A DNA stretch of 64,000 bases from Ranitomeya imitator (taxonomy: Eukaryota): positions 268,150,001-268,214,000 of the forward strand of contig NC_091283.1 in assembly GCF_032444005.1 (NCBI RefSeq). The letters run 5' to 3'. Positions 21,560-33,200 of the stretch are shown in pieces (the first letter of the stretch is position 1; each line of letters starts with the position of its first letter). The notes under the pieces were generated by a model. That model was not told where the DNA came from and did no database searches. It was given only the letters and a program-made list of their open reading frames with translations. The translations under genes were made by a program, and so were the position numbers.

Positions 21560-23840
21560 AGAGCCGTGTGTGTACGAGGTGTATGGATCAGAGCAGCGTG
21601 TGAAAGGTCTATGGAGCGGAGTCGTATGTGTACGGAACCGTGTGTACGAGGTGTACGGAGCAGAGCAGCGTGTGTATGAGGTGTACGGAGCGGAGTCGTG
21701 TGTACAAGGTGTACGGAGCACAGCCGCGTGTGTACGAGGTGTACGGAGCACAGCCGCGTGTGTACGAGGTGTACGGAGCGGAGTCGTGTGTAAGAGGTGT
21801 ACGGAGCCATGTGTACAAGGTGTACGGAGCACAGCCGCGTGTGTACGAGGTGTACGGAGCGGAGTCGTGTGTAAGAGGTGTACGGAGCCATGTGTACAAG
21901 GTGTACGAAGCACAGCCGCGTGTGTACGATGTGTACGGAGCGCAGCCGCGTGTGTACAAGGTGTACGGAGCACAGCCGCGTGTGTACGAGGTGTACGGAG
22001 CACAGCCGCGTGTGTACGAGGTGTACGGAGCACAGCTGCGTGTGTACGGAGCATAGCCGCGTGTGTACGAGGTGTACGGAGCACAGCCGCGTGTGTATGA
22101 GGTGTACGGAGCGGAGCAGCATGTGAAAGGTGTACGGAGTGGAGTCGTGTGTACGGAGCACAGCCGCGTGTGTACGAGGTGTACAGAGCACAGCCGCGTG
22201 TGTACGAGGTGTACGGAGCGGAGCAGCATGTGAAAGGTGTACGGAGTGGAGTCGTGTGTACGAGGTGTACGGAGCACAGCCGCGTGTGTATGAGGTGTAC
22301 GGAGCGGAGCAGCATGTGTACGAGGTGTACGGAGTGGAGTCGTGTGTACGAGGTGTACGGAGCACAGCCGCGTGTGTACGAGGTGTACGGAGCACAGCCG
22401 CGTGTGTACGAGGTGTACGGAGCGGAGCAGCATGTGAAAGGTGTACGGAGTGGAGTCGTGTGTACGAGGTGTAAGGAGCGGAGCAGCATGTGAAAGGTGT
22501 ACAGAGTGGAGTCGTGTGTACGAGGTGTACGGAGCACAGCCGCGTGTGTACGAGGTGTACGGAGCACAGCCGCGTGTGTACGAGGTGTACAGAGCACAGC
22601 CGCGTGTGTACGGAGCGGAGCAGCATGTGAAAGGTGTACGGAGTGGAGTCGTGTGTACGAGGTGTACGGAGCACAGCCGCGTGTGTATGAGGTGTACGGA
22701 GCGGAGCAGCATGTGTACGAGGTGTACGGAGTGGAGTCGTGTGTACGGAGCACAGCCGCGTGTGTACGGAGCACAGCCGCGTGTGTACGAGGTGTACGGA
22801 GTGGAGTCGTGTGTACGAGGTGTACGGAGCGGAGCAGCATGTGAAAGGTGTACAGAGTGGAGTCGTGTGTACGAGGTGTACGGAGCACAGCCGCGTGTGT
22901 ACAAGGTGTACGGAGCACAGCCGCGTGTGTACGAGGTGTACGGAGCGGAGCAGCATGTGAAAGGTGTATGGAGTGGAGACGTGTGTACGAGGTGTACGGA
23001 GCACAGCCGCGTGTGTACGAGGTGTACGGAGCACAGCCGCGTGTGTACGAGGTGTACAGAGCGGAGTCGTGTGTAAGAGGTGTACGGAGCCATGTGTACA
23101 AGGTGTACGGAGCACAGCCGCATGTGTACAAGGTGTACGGAGCGGAGTCGTGTGTAAGAGGTGTACGGAGCCATGTGTACAAGGTGTACGGAGCACAGCC
23201 GCATGTGTACAAGGTGTACGGAGCGGAGTCGTGTGTAAGAGGTGTACGGAGCCATGTGTACGAGGTGTACGGAGCACAGCCGCGTGTGTACGAGGTGTAC
23301 GGAGGGGAGCCGTGTGTACGAGGTGTACGGAGCACTGCCGCGTGTGTACGAGGTGTACGGAGCACTGCCGCGTGTGTACGAGGTGTACGGAGCACAGCCG
23401 CGTGTGTATGAGGTGTACGGAGCACAGCCACATGTGTATGAGGTGTACGGAGTAGTGCCGTGTGTGTACGAGATGTATGGAGAGGAGCTGTATGTGTATG
23501 AGGTGTACGCAGCGGAGCTGTGTGTGTGCAAGGTATGCGGAGCAGTGTGTGCAATGTGTATGGAGCGGAGCGGTGTGTGTATGAGGTGTACGGAGTAGTG
23601 CCGTGTGTACGAGATGTATGGAGCGGAGCCGTGTGTGTATGAGGTGTATGGAGCGGAGCCGTGTATGGAGCAGAGCCGTGTGTGTATGAGGTGTATGGAG
23701 CAGAGCCGTGTATGAGGTGTATGGAGCGGAGCTGAATGTGTACGGAGCGGAGCCGTGTGTGTATGAGATGTATGGAGTGGAGCCGTGTGTACGGAGCGGA
23801 GCCGTGTATGCAAAGTTTACGGAGCGCAGCCGCGTGTGTA
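21560..23840. repeat. 30-bp CpG-rich minisatellite (GCGTGTGTACGAGGTGTACGGAGCACAGCC)n with modular variants
   Basis: Period 30 at 21721-21780. CpG-decayed units at both edges. Confidence 0.95.
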
Positions 23841-23844
23841 GGAG

Positions 23845-24795
23845 TAGCTATGTGTGGCCATTATCATGTGCGGCCAATATACAGTAAGGAGCATCATGTG
23901 TGGCCATTATACAGTATGGAGCATCATGTGTGGCCATTATACAGTATGGAGCATCATGTGCAGTCATTATACAGTATTATTGAGCATCATGTGCGGTCAT
24001 TATACAGTATGGAGAATCATGTGTGGCCATTATACAGTATGGAGCATCATGTGCTGTCATTACAGTATGGAGCATCATGTGCTGTCATTATACACTATGG
24101 AGCATCATGTGCAGTCATTATACAGTATGGAGCATCATGTGCTGTCATACAGTATGGAGCATCATGTGCAGTCATTATACAGTATGGAGCATCATGTGCG
24201 GCTATTATACAGTATGGAGCATCATATGCGGTCATTATACAGTATGGAGCATCATGTGTGGCCATTATGGAGCATCATGTGCGGTCATTATACAATATGG
24301 AGCATCATGTGTGGTCATTATACAGTATAGAGCATCATGTGCGGTCATTATACAGTATTGAGCATCATGTGGGGCCATTATACAGTATTGAGCATCATGT
24401 GGGGTCATTATACAGTATTGAGCATCATGTGTGGCCATTATACAGTATTGAGCATCATGTGGGGTCATTATACAGTATTGAGCATCATGTGGGGCCATTA
24501 TACAGTATTGAGCATCATGTGGGGCCATTATACAGTATTGAGCATCACGTGGGGTCATTATACAGTATTGAGCATCATGTGGGGCCATTATACAGTATGG
24601 AGCATCATGTGTGGCCATTATACAGTATGGAGCATCATGTGTGGCCATTATACAGTATTGAGCATCATGTGGGGTCATTATACAGTATTGAACATCATGT
24701 GTGGCCATTATACAGTATTGAGCATCATGTGGTCATGTGGGGTCGTTATACAGTATGGAGCACTGTGTGGCCATTATACAGTATCGAGCACTGTG
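23845..24795. repeat. 30-bp minisatellite (GGAGCATCATGTGCGGTCATTATACAGTAT)n
   Basis: Period 30 is visible in column register at 24301-24720. Confidence 0.95.
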
Positions 24796-25206
24796 TGGCC
24801 ATATTTGTTTTTTTATAATTATTCTTTATGAACAGTGTGATCAGCAGTGCTAAATGGGTGTGGTTGAGACATGGATATGGGTGTGACTAGTGAATGGGTG
24901 TGGTCAGAGGTGTGTCCTAAAATTTGCTGCAAACTTTGTCCCTCTTTTCCAACTTCAAAAGTTGGGAGGTAAGGTAATATGTGGTCTGGAAATGGTGCGG
25001 TGGTATTTGTCCCTTGTATGTGCTATTATTCGATCACTGTGGTTGTAATTTGTGGTCTGGTCATGGTGCGGTGGTATTTGTTCCTTGTATGTGATATTAT
25101 TGGTCAAGATATACCTAAATTGTATTGCAGATTTTAACAAATATTTCCTAGGTTACAGTAGAGTAGGGCCCGGCCCTTTTTCTGGAATAATCTGGTTCGG
25201 GTATAT

Positions 25207-25283
25207 CATGACCCCCGTCACATGACCCCCGTCACATGACCCCCGTCACATGACCCCCGTCTCATGACCCCCGTCACATGACC
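25207..25283. repeat. 14-bp repeat (CATGACCCCCGTCA)x5 near the right end of the hAT element
   Basis: Units at 25207, 25221, 25235, 25249 and 25263. Confidence 0.95.
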
Positions 25284-25349
25284 GGGGGGGCCCACAGTGT
25301 GTGAACAGCCCGGGGCCCTGGCTACCCTTAATCCAGCCCTGCTTGTTAG

Positions 25350-25805
25350 CCAGGCGGTGGGCTAAAACCCCCCCCTTCCCTGTCACTCAGGCAAGAGCCT
25401 GTCTTGTCAATGCATGTGGGGGAGTTTTATTGCCGAAAGGTATTTACGACTAGGCTCAAATCTTCCTCTAGCAGAGAACTGTTTAGAAGTGTCTAGAAGT
25501 TTCCAGAAATCCATGAGAGTCCTTTGTTCCAATATGATAAGATATTGGGCCAACTACTGGGCGTAAGAGAATATTAATTAGATATTGCTAAAGTCCATCG
25601 GAGCCTCTATCCATCACGGTAAACCTGAGCTTCTAACTCCATCAGGTAAAAAGGTAGGGATTTCTCTGTAATGACGCATCACACATATGACATATTTGAT
25701 CTCATTAGAATGCCAATGTTAATACGAGATGAATGCTGGGTTTGTTATGACCATGACATGTTCTGTAGCGGAGGTACAAGCATTAGAGAAATTTAGGAAA
25801 GTTAG
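25350..25805 (+). mobile_element. Older, diverged Gmr1-family LTR fragment (5' part), inverted relative to the element inserted into it
   Basis: Reverse complement of ~26735-27175, e.g. AGATGAATGCTGGGTT and CCAATATGATAAGATATTGG. About 80-85% identity by eye. Confidence 0.85.
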
Positions 25806-28800
25806 TGTCACGATTCACACCGTGACCGTCACCCCTACGTCACAGATCGGGGTGACTTTAGGCCAACAGACGGCTATAACATGTGCAGGGGGGCTTATCT
25901 TAGTTATCCCTCCACTCCACAATGTGATGAAAACACACACACAAGGCTATTGACCTCTTAGTTTACAGCAGGGGCTTATTCTAGGTATCCCACTGCTCTT
26001 CAATATACCATGAACTGCAAGGATTTATGTATATCCTGCTTACAGTTCCACTTAAAACTTGCAGCTCTCTGGCGCCCCTCTTACTCTCAGGTCAGATTAG
26101 GTACTGCACTTGGGGTAATTAGTCGCTAGAAAGGCTGCCTGCTATGTACTGGCTATTGGGCACGCTGCAGCGACCCGATAAACTACTCCCGCTCAGGCAG
26201 GAACAATAATTATCAACGCCGAAGTCGCTACAACAACACCCAAAAGCCTGCACATGGCAAGCTGCCACCAGCTTCAATTAAACGGGTCCGAAGCTAACCC
26301 AAAAACAGTAGCGTAATTCCCTTCAGGAGACTTAGGTTACGTTTTAGAGCATGAAGAACGACTCTAGTATTAAATATTATACTCCGTCAAAAGTTTCAGG
26401 CAGTGTTTATAAACAGTAATATAAAGATGTTACAATAAGAGACAATTGAAAATATGTACAAGGTAATTATAAAATAAAGGAATTAAATAAGAAAAGGTAC
26501 AACTCACATGTTCTCAGTTCATATCAGGCAAAAAACCATGCTGCATGCACAGCCCAGATGTCCCAATGCATGGGGACTGGCAGTCAGGGCTTCCCAGGTA
26601 AACTTAGACTCACATAGGCTCCAGCACAAAGACTGACTGCTGGGATCTGGCCAAAAACTTATAGCTGCAGCCTGTGACATCGCAGAAAGGGCTGAGTTAA
26701 GAACGCCCTCCTCTTTCTTCAGTCTTAGTAATTTCAACCTTAAATTTGTCTAATTTCTATAACTCCGCTCCAGAACATGTCATGGTCATAGCTAACCCAG
26801 CATTCATCTCGTATTAACATTGGCATTCTAACGAGATCAAATATCTCCTATTTGGGATGCCTAATTACTGAGAAATCCCTACTTTTTATCTGATGGAGTT
26901 AGAAGCTCATGTTTAGAGTGGTTAACAGATCCGTCGCTGGACATAAAGAATATGTATTTTCCTTTTTTTCTAGCCTAACTCATTATCCCAATATCTTATC
27001 ATATTGGAACAAAGGACTCTCATGGATTTCTGGAAACTTCTAGACAGTTCTGCTAGAGGGAGATTTGAGCCTAGTCGTAAATACCTTTCGGCAATAAAAC
27101 CCTCTTCCTCCATACATTCCAACACAAAGAGACAAAGAGAGCCACAGAGAGGAGGGGGGTTTAGCCCCCAGCATCAGCTGAAGGACAATGCTACAACATC
27201 ATATTATATTTCATACAATATCGTGACACCTCCCCCTTTTGGTCTGCGCTACGGAGGTAGAACCCCTCGGTATGCCTCCATGCGCACCTCAGTAGGTTCA
27301 CCCTGGCGCGACAGTCCATCTGCATTTCCATGCTCCCTGCCCATTTTGTGTTCAATGGTGAAGTCAAACTGCTGAAGGGCAAGGCTCCAGCGTAGCAACC
27401 TGCCGTTGGTTCCACACATGGTGTTTAGCCAGCGCAGAGAGTCGTGGTCGGTCAGACTATGGCCAGGCACTCCTTCTCGATGGTGGAGTAGGCTACCTCC
27501 CTCGGCAAAAGTTTCCGGCTCAGGTACAACACGGGGTGCTCTTGGTCCTCCGAGTCAACCTGGCTGAGCACAGCACCGAGGCCAAACTCGCTGGCTTCAG
27601 TCTGTACCAAGAATGGTCGACTGCTGTCGACTGCTTTCCACACAGGGGCGTTGCACAGTGCGGTTTTCAACACCTGGAAGGCCCCCTAAAAGCCATCTGT
27701 CCAGTTGACGATGTGGGGTAGCTTCTTCCTGGTGAGGTCCGTCAAAGGTTTGGCCAGGCTACTATAGTGCTGTACGAAGCGCCTATAGTACCCTGCAGTG
27801 CCCAGGAAGGACATCACCTGTTTCTTGGTCCTGGGAGTGGGCCAGTCCACGATCGCGCCCACTTTCTCAGGCTCTGGCTTTAGGGTGCCTCCGCCTACCC
27901 GGTGCCCCAGGTAGTGGACCTCCCTCATGCCCATCTGGCACTTTCCCGGCTTGATAGTCAGTCCTGCTTGGTGAATTTGCCTGAGCACCTCCTCGAGATG
28001 CTGCAGGTGTTCCTTCCAGGAGGGACTGAAGATGGCAATGTCATCCAAATACGCCACGGCGTACTTCTCCAGTGCCTGAAGCAGGAGGTTGACCATCCGC
28101 TGGAAAGTGGCAGGGGCATTCTTCATGCCGAAGGGCATGACTGTGGACTCGTACAGTCCAAAGGGTGTGATAAAGGCGGACTTCTCCTGCGCCTCGGGGC
28201 TCAGGGACATCTGCCAGTATCCTCTACTCAGATCCATTATTGTCAGGTATTTTGCGCCAGCTAACCTCTCATGCAGCTCCTCGATGCGCGGCATTGGGTG
28301 CGCGTCAGAGGCTGTGATGGAGTTGAGCCCCCTGTAGTCCACACAGAACCGGATTGACCGGTCTTTCTTTGGCACGAGAACTACAGGTGAGGCCCATGCA
28401 CTCTTTGACCGCCGAATCACCCCCAGCTGTAACATCTCATCGATCTCTTGGCGCATAATCTGCTGCACCTGGTCAGAGATTCGATAGGGTGTTCGCCGTA
28501 GTGGGGCGTGATTCCCGGTGTCCACCTCGTGGACTGCTAACTCAGTCCTCCCAGGTCGGTTGGAGAACACGACCCGGAAGGGTTCCAGTGTGGTTTGCAA
28601 CTGCAACCGCTGGGGTTCAGTTAATGAGGCGCTTACCTCCACGTCCTCGATGGACCCACCGGCCTTGGCTTGGGCCAGCATGTCCAGGAGGGTGTTTTCC
28701 TCCCCGTCTTCAGGCAAGCTGCAGACCGGTAGGACGAAAGGTTCACGTTCGTGATGAGCCTTCATCATGTTGACGTCAAAGGCCTTTCGCCTACCCCGAG

Positions 28801-30220
28801 CGTGGTCAAGCGTGACCATGTAGGTGACCGGGTTGAGCTGTTGGTGGACGACGTACGGGCCCTCCCAGGCGGCCTGAAGCTTATCCGTTGGTACGGGGAC
28901 CAGCACCCACACCTTTTGACCCACGTGGTAGGTCCGCTCCCGGGCATTCTGGTCGTACCAGTGCTTCTGGTCAGCCTGAGCCTGCGTCATGTTGTCATGC
29001 ACCAACTGCGTCAAGGTCTGCATCTTGTCACGGAAGCGCATGACATACTCCACTATGGACACTTCAGAAGGGTTCGGCTCCTCTTCCCAGGATTCTCTTA
29101 CCAACCCCAGGGGTCCCCGGACTTGCCTGCCGTACAGGAGCTCGAAGGGGGAGAACCCCGTTGAGGCCTGCGGAACCTCTCGGTAAGCAAATAGCAGGTG
29201 TGGGAGATACCGCTCCCAGTCGCGCCCTTGGGTCTCAACCAGCATGCGTAGCATCTGTTTGAGGGTACCATTGAAGCGTTCACACAAGCCATTGGTCTGT
29301 GGGTGATGCGCACTCAATACCAGGTGCTTCACCTGCATTCTCTTACAGAGAGCCTCCATTAGGCGAGACATAAATTGGGTCCCTTGATCAGTAAGCATTT
29401 CCCTGGGAAACACTACGCATGAAAAGATGGCCAACAGGGCATCCGCCACCTTATCTGCCCTAGTTGACGACAGAGCTACTGCCTCTGGGTACCGGGCAGC
29501 GTAGTCTACTACAGTAAGGATGTATTGCTTTCCAGAGCTGCTGGAGACAGCCAGCGAGCCCACAATATCCACCGCGATTCTCTGGAAAGGCTCCTCTATC
29601 ACTGGCAACGGGATCAGGGGAGCCTTAAGAGCAGGCCCCTCCTTCCCCACTCTTTGACAGGTGATACAGGAGCGGCAGTAGTTTGACACATCTGTCCCCA
29701 TCTTAGGCCAATAGAAGTGTTGAGACAGCCGGGCCTTAGTTTTGCTAATCCCCAAGTGTCCAGCTAGCGGGATCTCATGGGCAATCCGTAGCAACTCACC
29801 CCGGAATTGCTGCGGGACGACCAGCTGTCTTTCCCTCAACCACTCCTTTTGTGATTCTCCGGGTACTGTCTCCCGGTATAACCTTGCTCATTCCCAGAAC
29901 ACCCTCTCCTTATTAGTCTCGGAGGTGGGCGTCTCGGCGAGTCGTCTCAAACTCTCTAGGCTCGCATCTGTGCGCAGAGCGGCCTGAAACTCCTGGCTAG
30001 GGGAAGCCAGAAGCGATGTCAGGGTCCCTTCCCCACGGGAACCCTCTTGGACCTGCTCTGGGTCCACCTCTGGTTCAGTCACCTTGATGACTGAGGAGGG
30101 TCCTGAAGGCCGACAGTTATCTGCGTTCCGGGCACTCTGACTGCGGGTGACAGCAGCTACATAGGCTGTCTCCCTGGGGGTTTCTACAGACCCATCAGCC
30201 GGCGCTGCTATGGGCTCTAC
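25806..30220 (-). mobile_element. Gmr1-like Ty3/Gypsy LTR retrotransposon, 3' half (3' LTR 25806-27228, PPT 27229-27240, pol)
   Basis: 1423-bp LTR with TGTCACGAT...ATCGTGACA termini, preceded on the minus strand by PPT AAAAGGGGGAGG. Pol order is INT-RT-RH. The 5' half is cut off by the element inserted at 30221. Confidence 0.92.
27249..29839 (-). pseudogene. Gmr1-like pol (integrase - RT - RNase H), frameshifted near 27680
   Basis: AHEIPLAGHLG...CITCQ (zinc finger), VVDY..RYPEA / DQGTQF / NGLCERFNGTLK (IN core), YLDD (RT), then QTEASEFGLGAVLSQ and TDHDSLRWL (RH) in separate frames. Confidence 0.9.
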
Positions 30221-33200
30221 TGTTGTGAATTCTGCTCTTGGGTTCCCTCCAGTGGTTGTAGGTGGGAATGCAGTTGTCTCTGACTCGCAGTCCTGGCCAG
30301 GTGTATCGGATGATTACAATTCTGACTGGGATATTTAGGTGTGCAGGATCCTTTAGCCCTTGCCAGTTGTCAATGTTCCTTGTGAAGTGTTGGATCACTT
30401 TCTGGCTTCTCCTGCTTGCTGCCAAATTCAGCAAAGATAAGTGTTTGGTTTTTGTATCTGTGGCACACATGCAGTGTGCTTGTTTCAGTTTTATTCCTGC
30501 TCTGATTGTAGGATTCACTGGAGTTGCAGATTTTCTTAATATCTGGGTGGCTGAGGAGCCTGGTGCAAGCATGAATGTTCAGGAATTAGCTTCTCGTGTA
30601 GACCAGCTTGCTGCTAGGGTGCAAGGTATTTCTGATTATATTGTTCAGACTCCTGCTTTAGAACCGAAGATTCCTACTCCTGATTTGTTTTCTGGTGACA
30701 GGTCTAAATTTTTGAGTTTTAAAAACAACTGTAAACTGTTTTTTGACCTGAGACCTCGATCCTCTGGTGATTCCATTCAGCAGTTAAAAATCGTAATCTC
30801 CCTGCTGCGTGGCGACCCGCAGGATTGGGCGTTTTTCCTGGAGTCTGGGAATCCGGCTTTGCTTAATATTGACTCCTTTTTTCAGGCTTTAGGACTATTA
30901 TATGATGAACCTAATTCTGTGGATCAAGCTGAGAAGACCTTGTTGGCCCTGTCTCAGGGTCAGGAGGCGGCAGAATTGTATTGTCAGAAATTCAGAAAAT
31001 GGTCTGTGTTGACTAAATGGAATAATGATGCTTTGGCGGCAATTTTCAGAAGGGGGCTTTCTGAATCCGTTAAAGATGTTATGGTGGGGTTACCTGTTAT
31101 GAACAGGTAATTCACAACCACAATTAACCTTGAAGTTCAGAGCATACAAAATGACTTGACATTTACCAAAAACATATGACGAGCTCTGAGACGTGGAAAC
31201 TCTGCTGACCGCAATCCCTAATCCTATCACACCACACTAGAGGTAGCCGTGGATTGCGCCTAACGCTCCCTATGCAACTCGGCACAGCTTGAGAAACTAA
31301 CTAGCCCTGAAGATAGAAAAATTAGCCTACCTTGCCTCAGAGAAATTCCCCAAAGGAAAAGGCAGCCCCCCACATATAATGACTGTGAGTAAAGATGAAA
31401 TACAAACACAGAGATGAAATATATTTAGCAAAGTGAGGCCCGACTTACTGAATAGACCGATGATAGGAAAAATAGCTTTGCGGTCAACACAAAAACCTAC
31501 AAACAACCACGCAGAGGGGCAAAAAGACCCTCCGCACCGACTAACGGTACGGAGGTGCTCCCTCTGCGTCTCAGAGCTTCCAGCAAGCAAGAAAAACCAA
31601 TATAGCAAGCTGGACAGAAAATATAGCAAACAAAAATAACTTAAGCAGAACTTAGCTTATGCAGGATAAACAGGCCACAGGAACGATCCAGGAGGAAGCA
31701 AGACCAATACTAGAACATTGACTGGAGGCCAGGATCAAAGCACCAGGTGGAGTTAAATAGAGCAGCACCTAACGACTTAACCTCATCACCTGAGGAAGGA
31801 AACTCAGAAGCCGCAGTACCACTCTCATCCACCAAAGGAAGCTTATAGACAGAACCAGCCGCAGTACCACTCACGGCCACAGGAGGGAGCTTGGCCACAG
31901 AATTCACAACAGTACCCCCCCCCCCCTGAGGAGGGGTCACCGAACCCTCACCAGAGCCCCCAGGCCGACCAGGATGAGCCACATGAAAGGCACGAACCAG
32001 ATCGGCAGCATGGACATCAGAGGCAAAGACCCAGGAATTATCTTCCTGACCATAACCCTTCCACTTAACCAAATACTGGAGTTTCCGTCTCGAAACACGA
32101 GAATCCAAAATCTTCTCCACAATATACTCCAATTCCCCTTCAACCAAAACCGGAGCAGGAGGATCAATAGATGGAACCACAGGTGCCACGTATCTCCGCA
32201 ACAATGACCTATGGAACACGTTATGGATGGAAAAAGAAGCTGGAAGAGTCAAACGAAAAGACACAGGATTAAGAACCTCAGAAATCCTATATGGACCAAT
32301 GAAACGAGGCTTAAATTTAGGAGAGGAAACCTTCATAGGAATATAACGAGATGACAACTAAACCAAATCCCCAACACGAAGTCGGGGACCCACACAGCGC
32401 CTGCGGTTAGTGAAACGTTGAGCCTTCTCCTGGGACAAAGTCAGATTGTCCACTACATGAGTCCAAATCTGCTGCAACCTATCCACCACAGTATCCACAC
32501 CAGGACAGTCCAAAGACTCAACCTGCCCTGAAGAGAAATGAGGGTGGAACCCAGAATAGCACAAAAACGGCGAAACCAAAATAGCCGAGCTGGCCCGATT
32601 ATTAAGGGCGAACTCAGCCAAAGGCAAAAAGGACACCCAATCATCCTGATCAGCAGAAACAAAACATCTCAGATATGTTTCCAAGGTTTTTTCGGGACCG
32701 GCAAGGGCAAAAGCAACCCACTGGCACGAGAACAGCAGGGCTTAGCCCGAGCACAAATCCCACAGGACTGCACAAAAGAACGCACATCCCGCGACAAAGA
32801 CGGCCACCAAAAGGATCTTGCCACCAAATCTCTGGTACCAAAGATTCCAGGATGACCAGCCAACACCGAACAATGAACCTCAGAGATAACTTTATTCGTC
32901 CACCTATCAGGGACAAACAGTTTCTCCGCTGGGCAACGGTCAGGTCTATTAGCCTGAAATTTTTGCAGCACCCGCCGCAAATCAGGGGAGATGGCAGACA
33001 AAATTACCCCCTCTTTGAGAATACCCGCCGGCTCAGACAAACCCGGAGAATCGGGCACAAAACTCCTAGACAGGGCATCCGCCTTCACATTTTTAGAGCC
33101 CGGAAGGTACGAAACCACAAAGTCAAAACGGGAGAAAAACAGCGACCAACGAGCCTGTCTAGGATTCAACCGTTTGGCAGACTCGAGATAAGTCAAGTTT

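Larger units (their letters stand above)
21146..25341. mobile_element. Non-autonomous hAT-type DNA transposon (4196 bp) carrying minisatellite cargo
   Basis: TIRs CAGGGGCGGATTA / TAATCCAGCCCTG. Perfect 8-bp TSD CTTGTTAG (21138-21145, 25342-25349). The empty site, a single CTTGTTAG, is at 49535-49542. No transposase. Confidence 0.93.

Noticed and set aside
21328-24831. 700-aa Tyr/Thr/His/Cys repeat ORFs and (IEHHVGPLYS)n, resembling a metal-binding or adhesive protein
   Set aside because: These are 30-bp minisatellites (a multiple of 3) inside a TIR/TSD-bounded transposon, open in most frames and absent from the paralogous site.
27004-27375. 123-aa ORF conserved in both duplicates (also 56376-56747)
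   Set aside because: It spans the Gmr1 LTR/PPT on the antisense strand. Conservation reflects the recent duplication only.
30571-31094. PEG10/RTL-like gag as a domesticated host gene
   Set aside because: It lies inside LTR-bounded Gypsy copies with nested insertions, stops and frameshifts.
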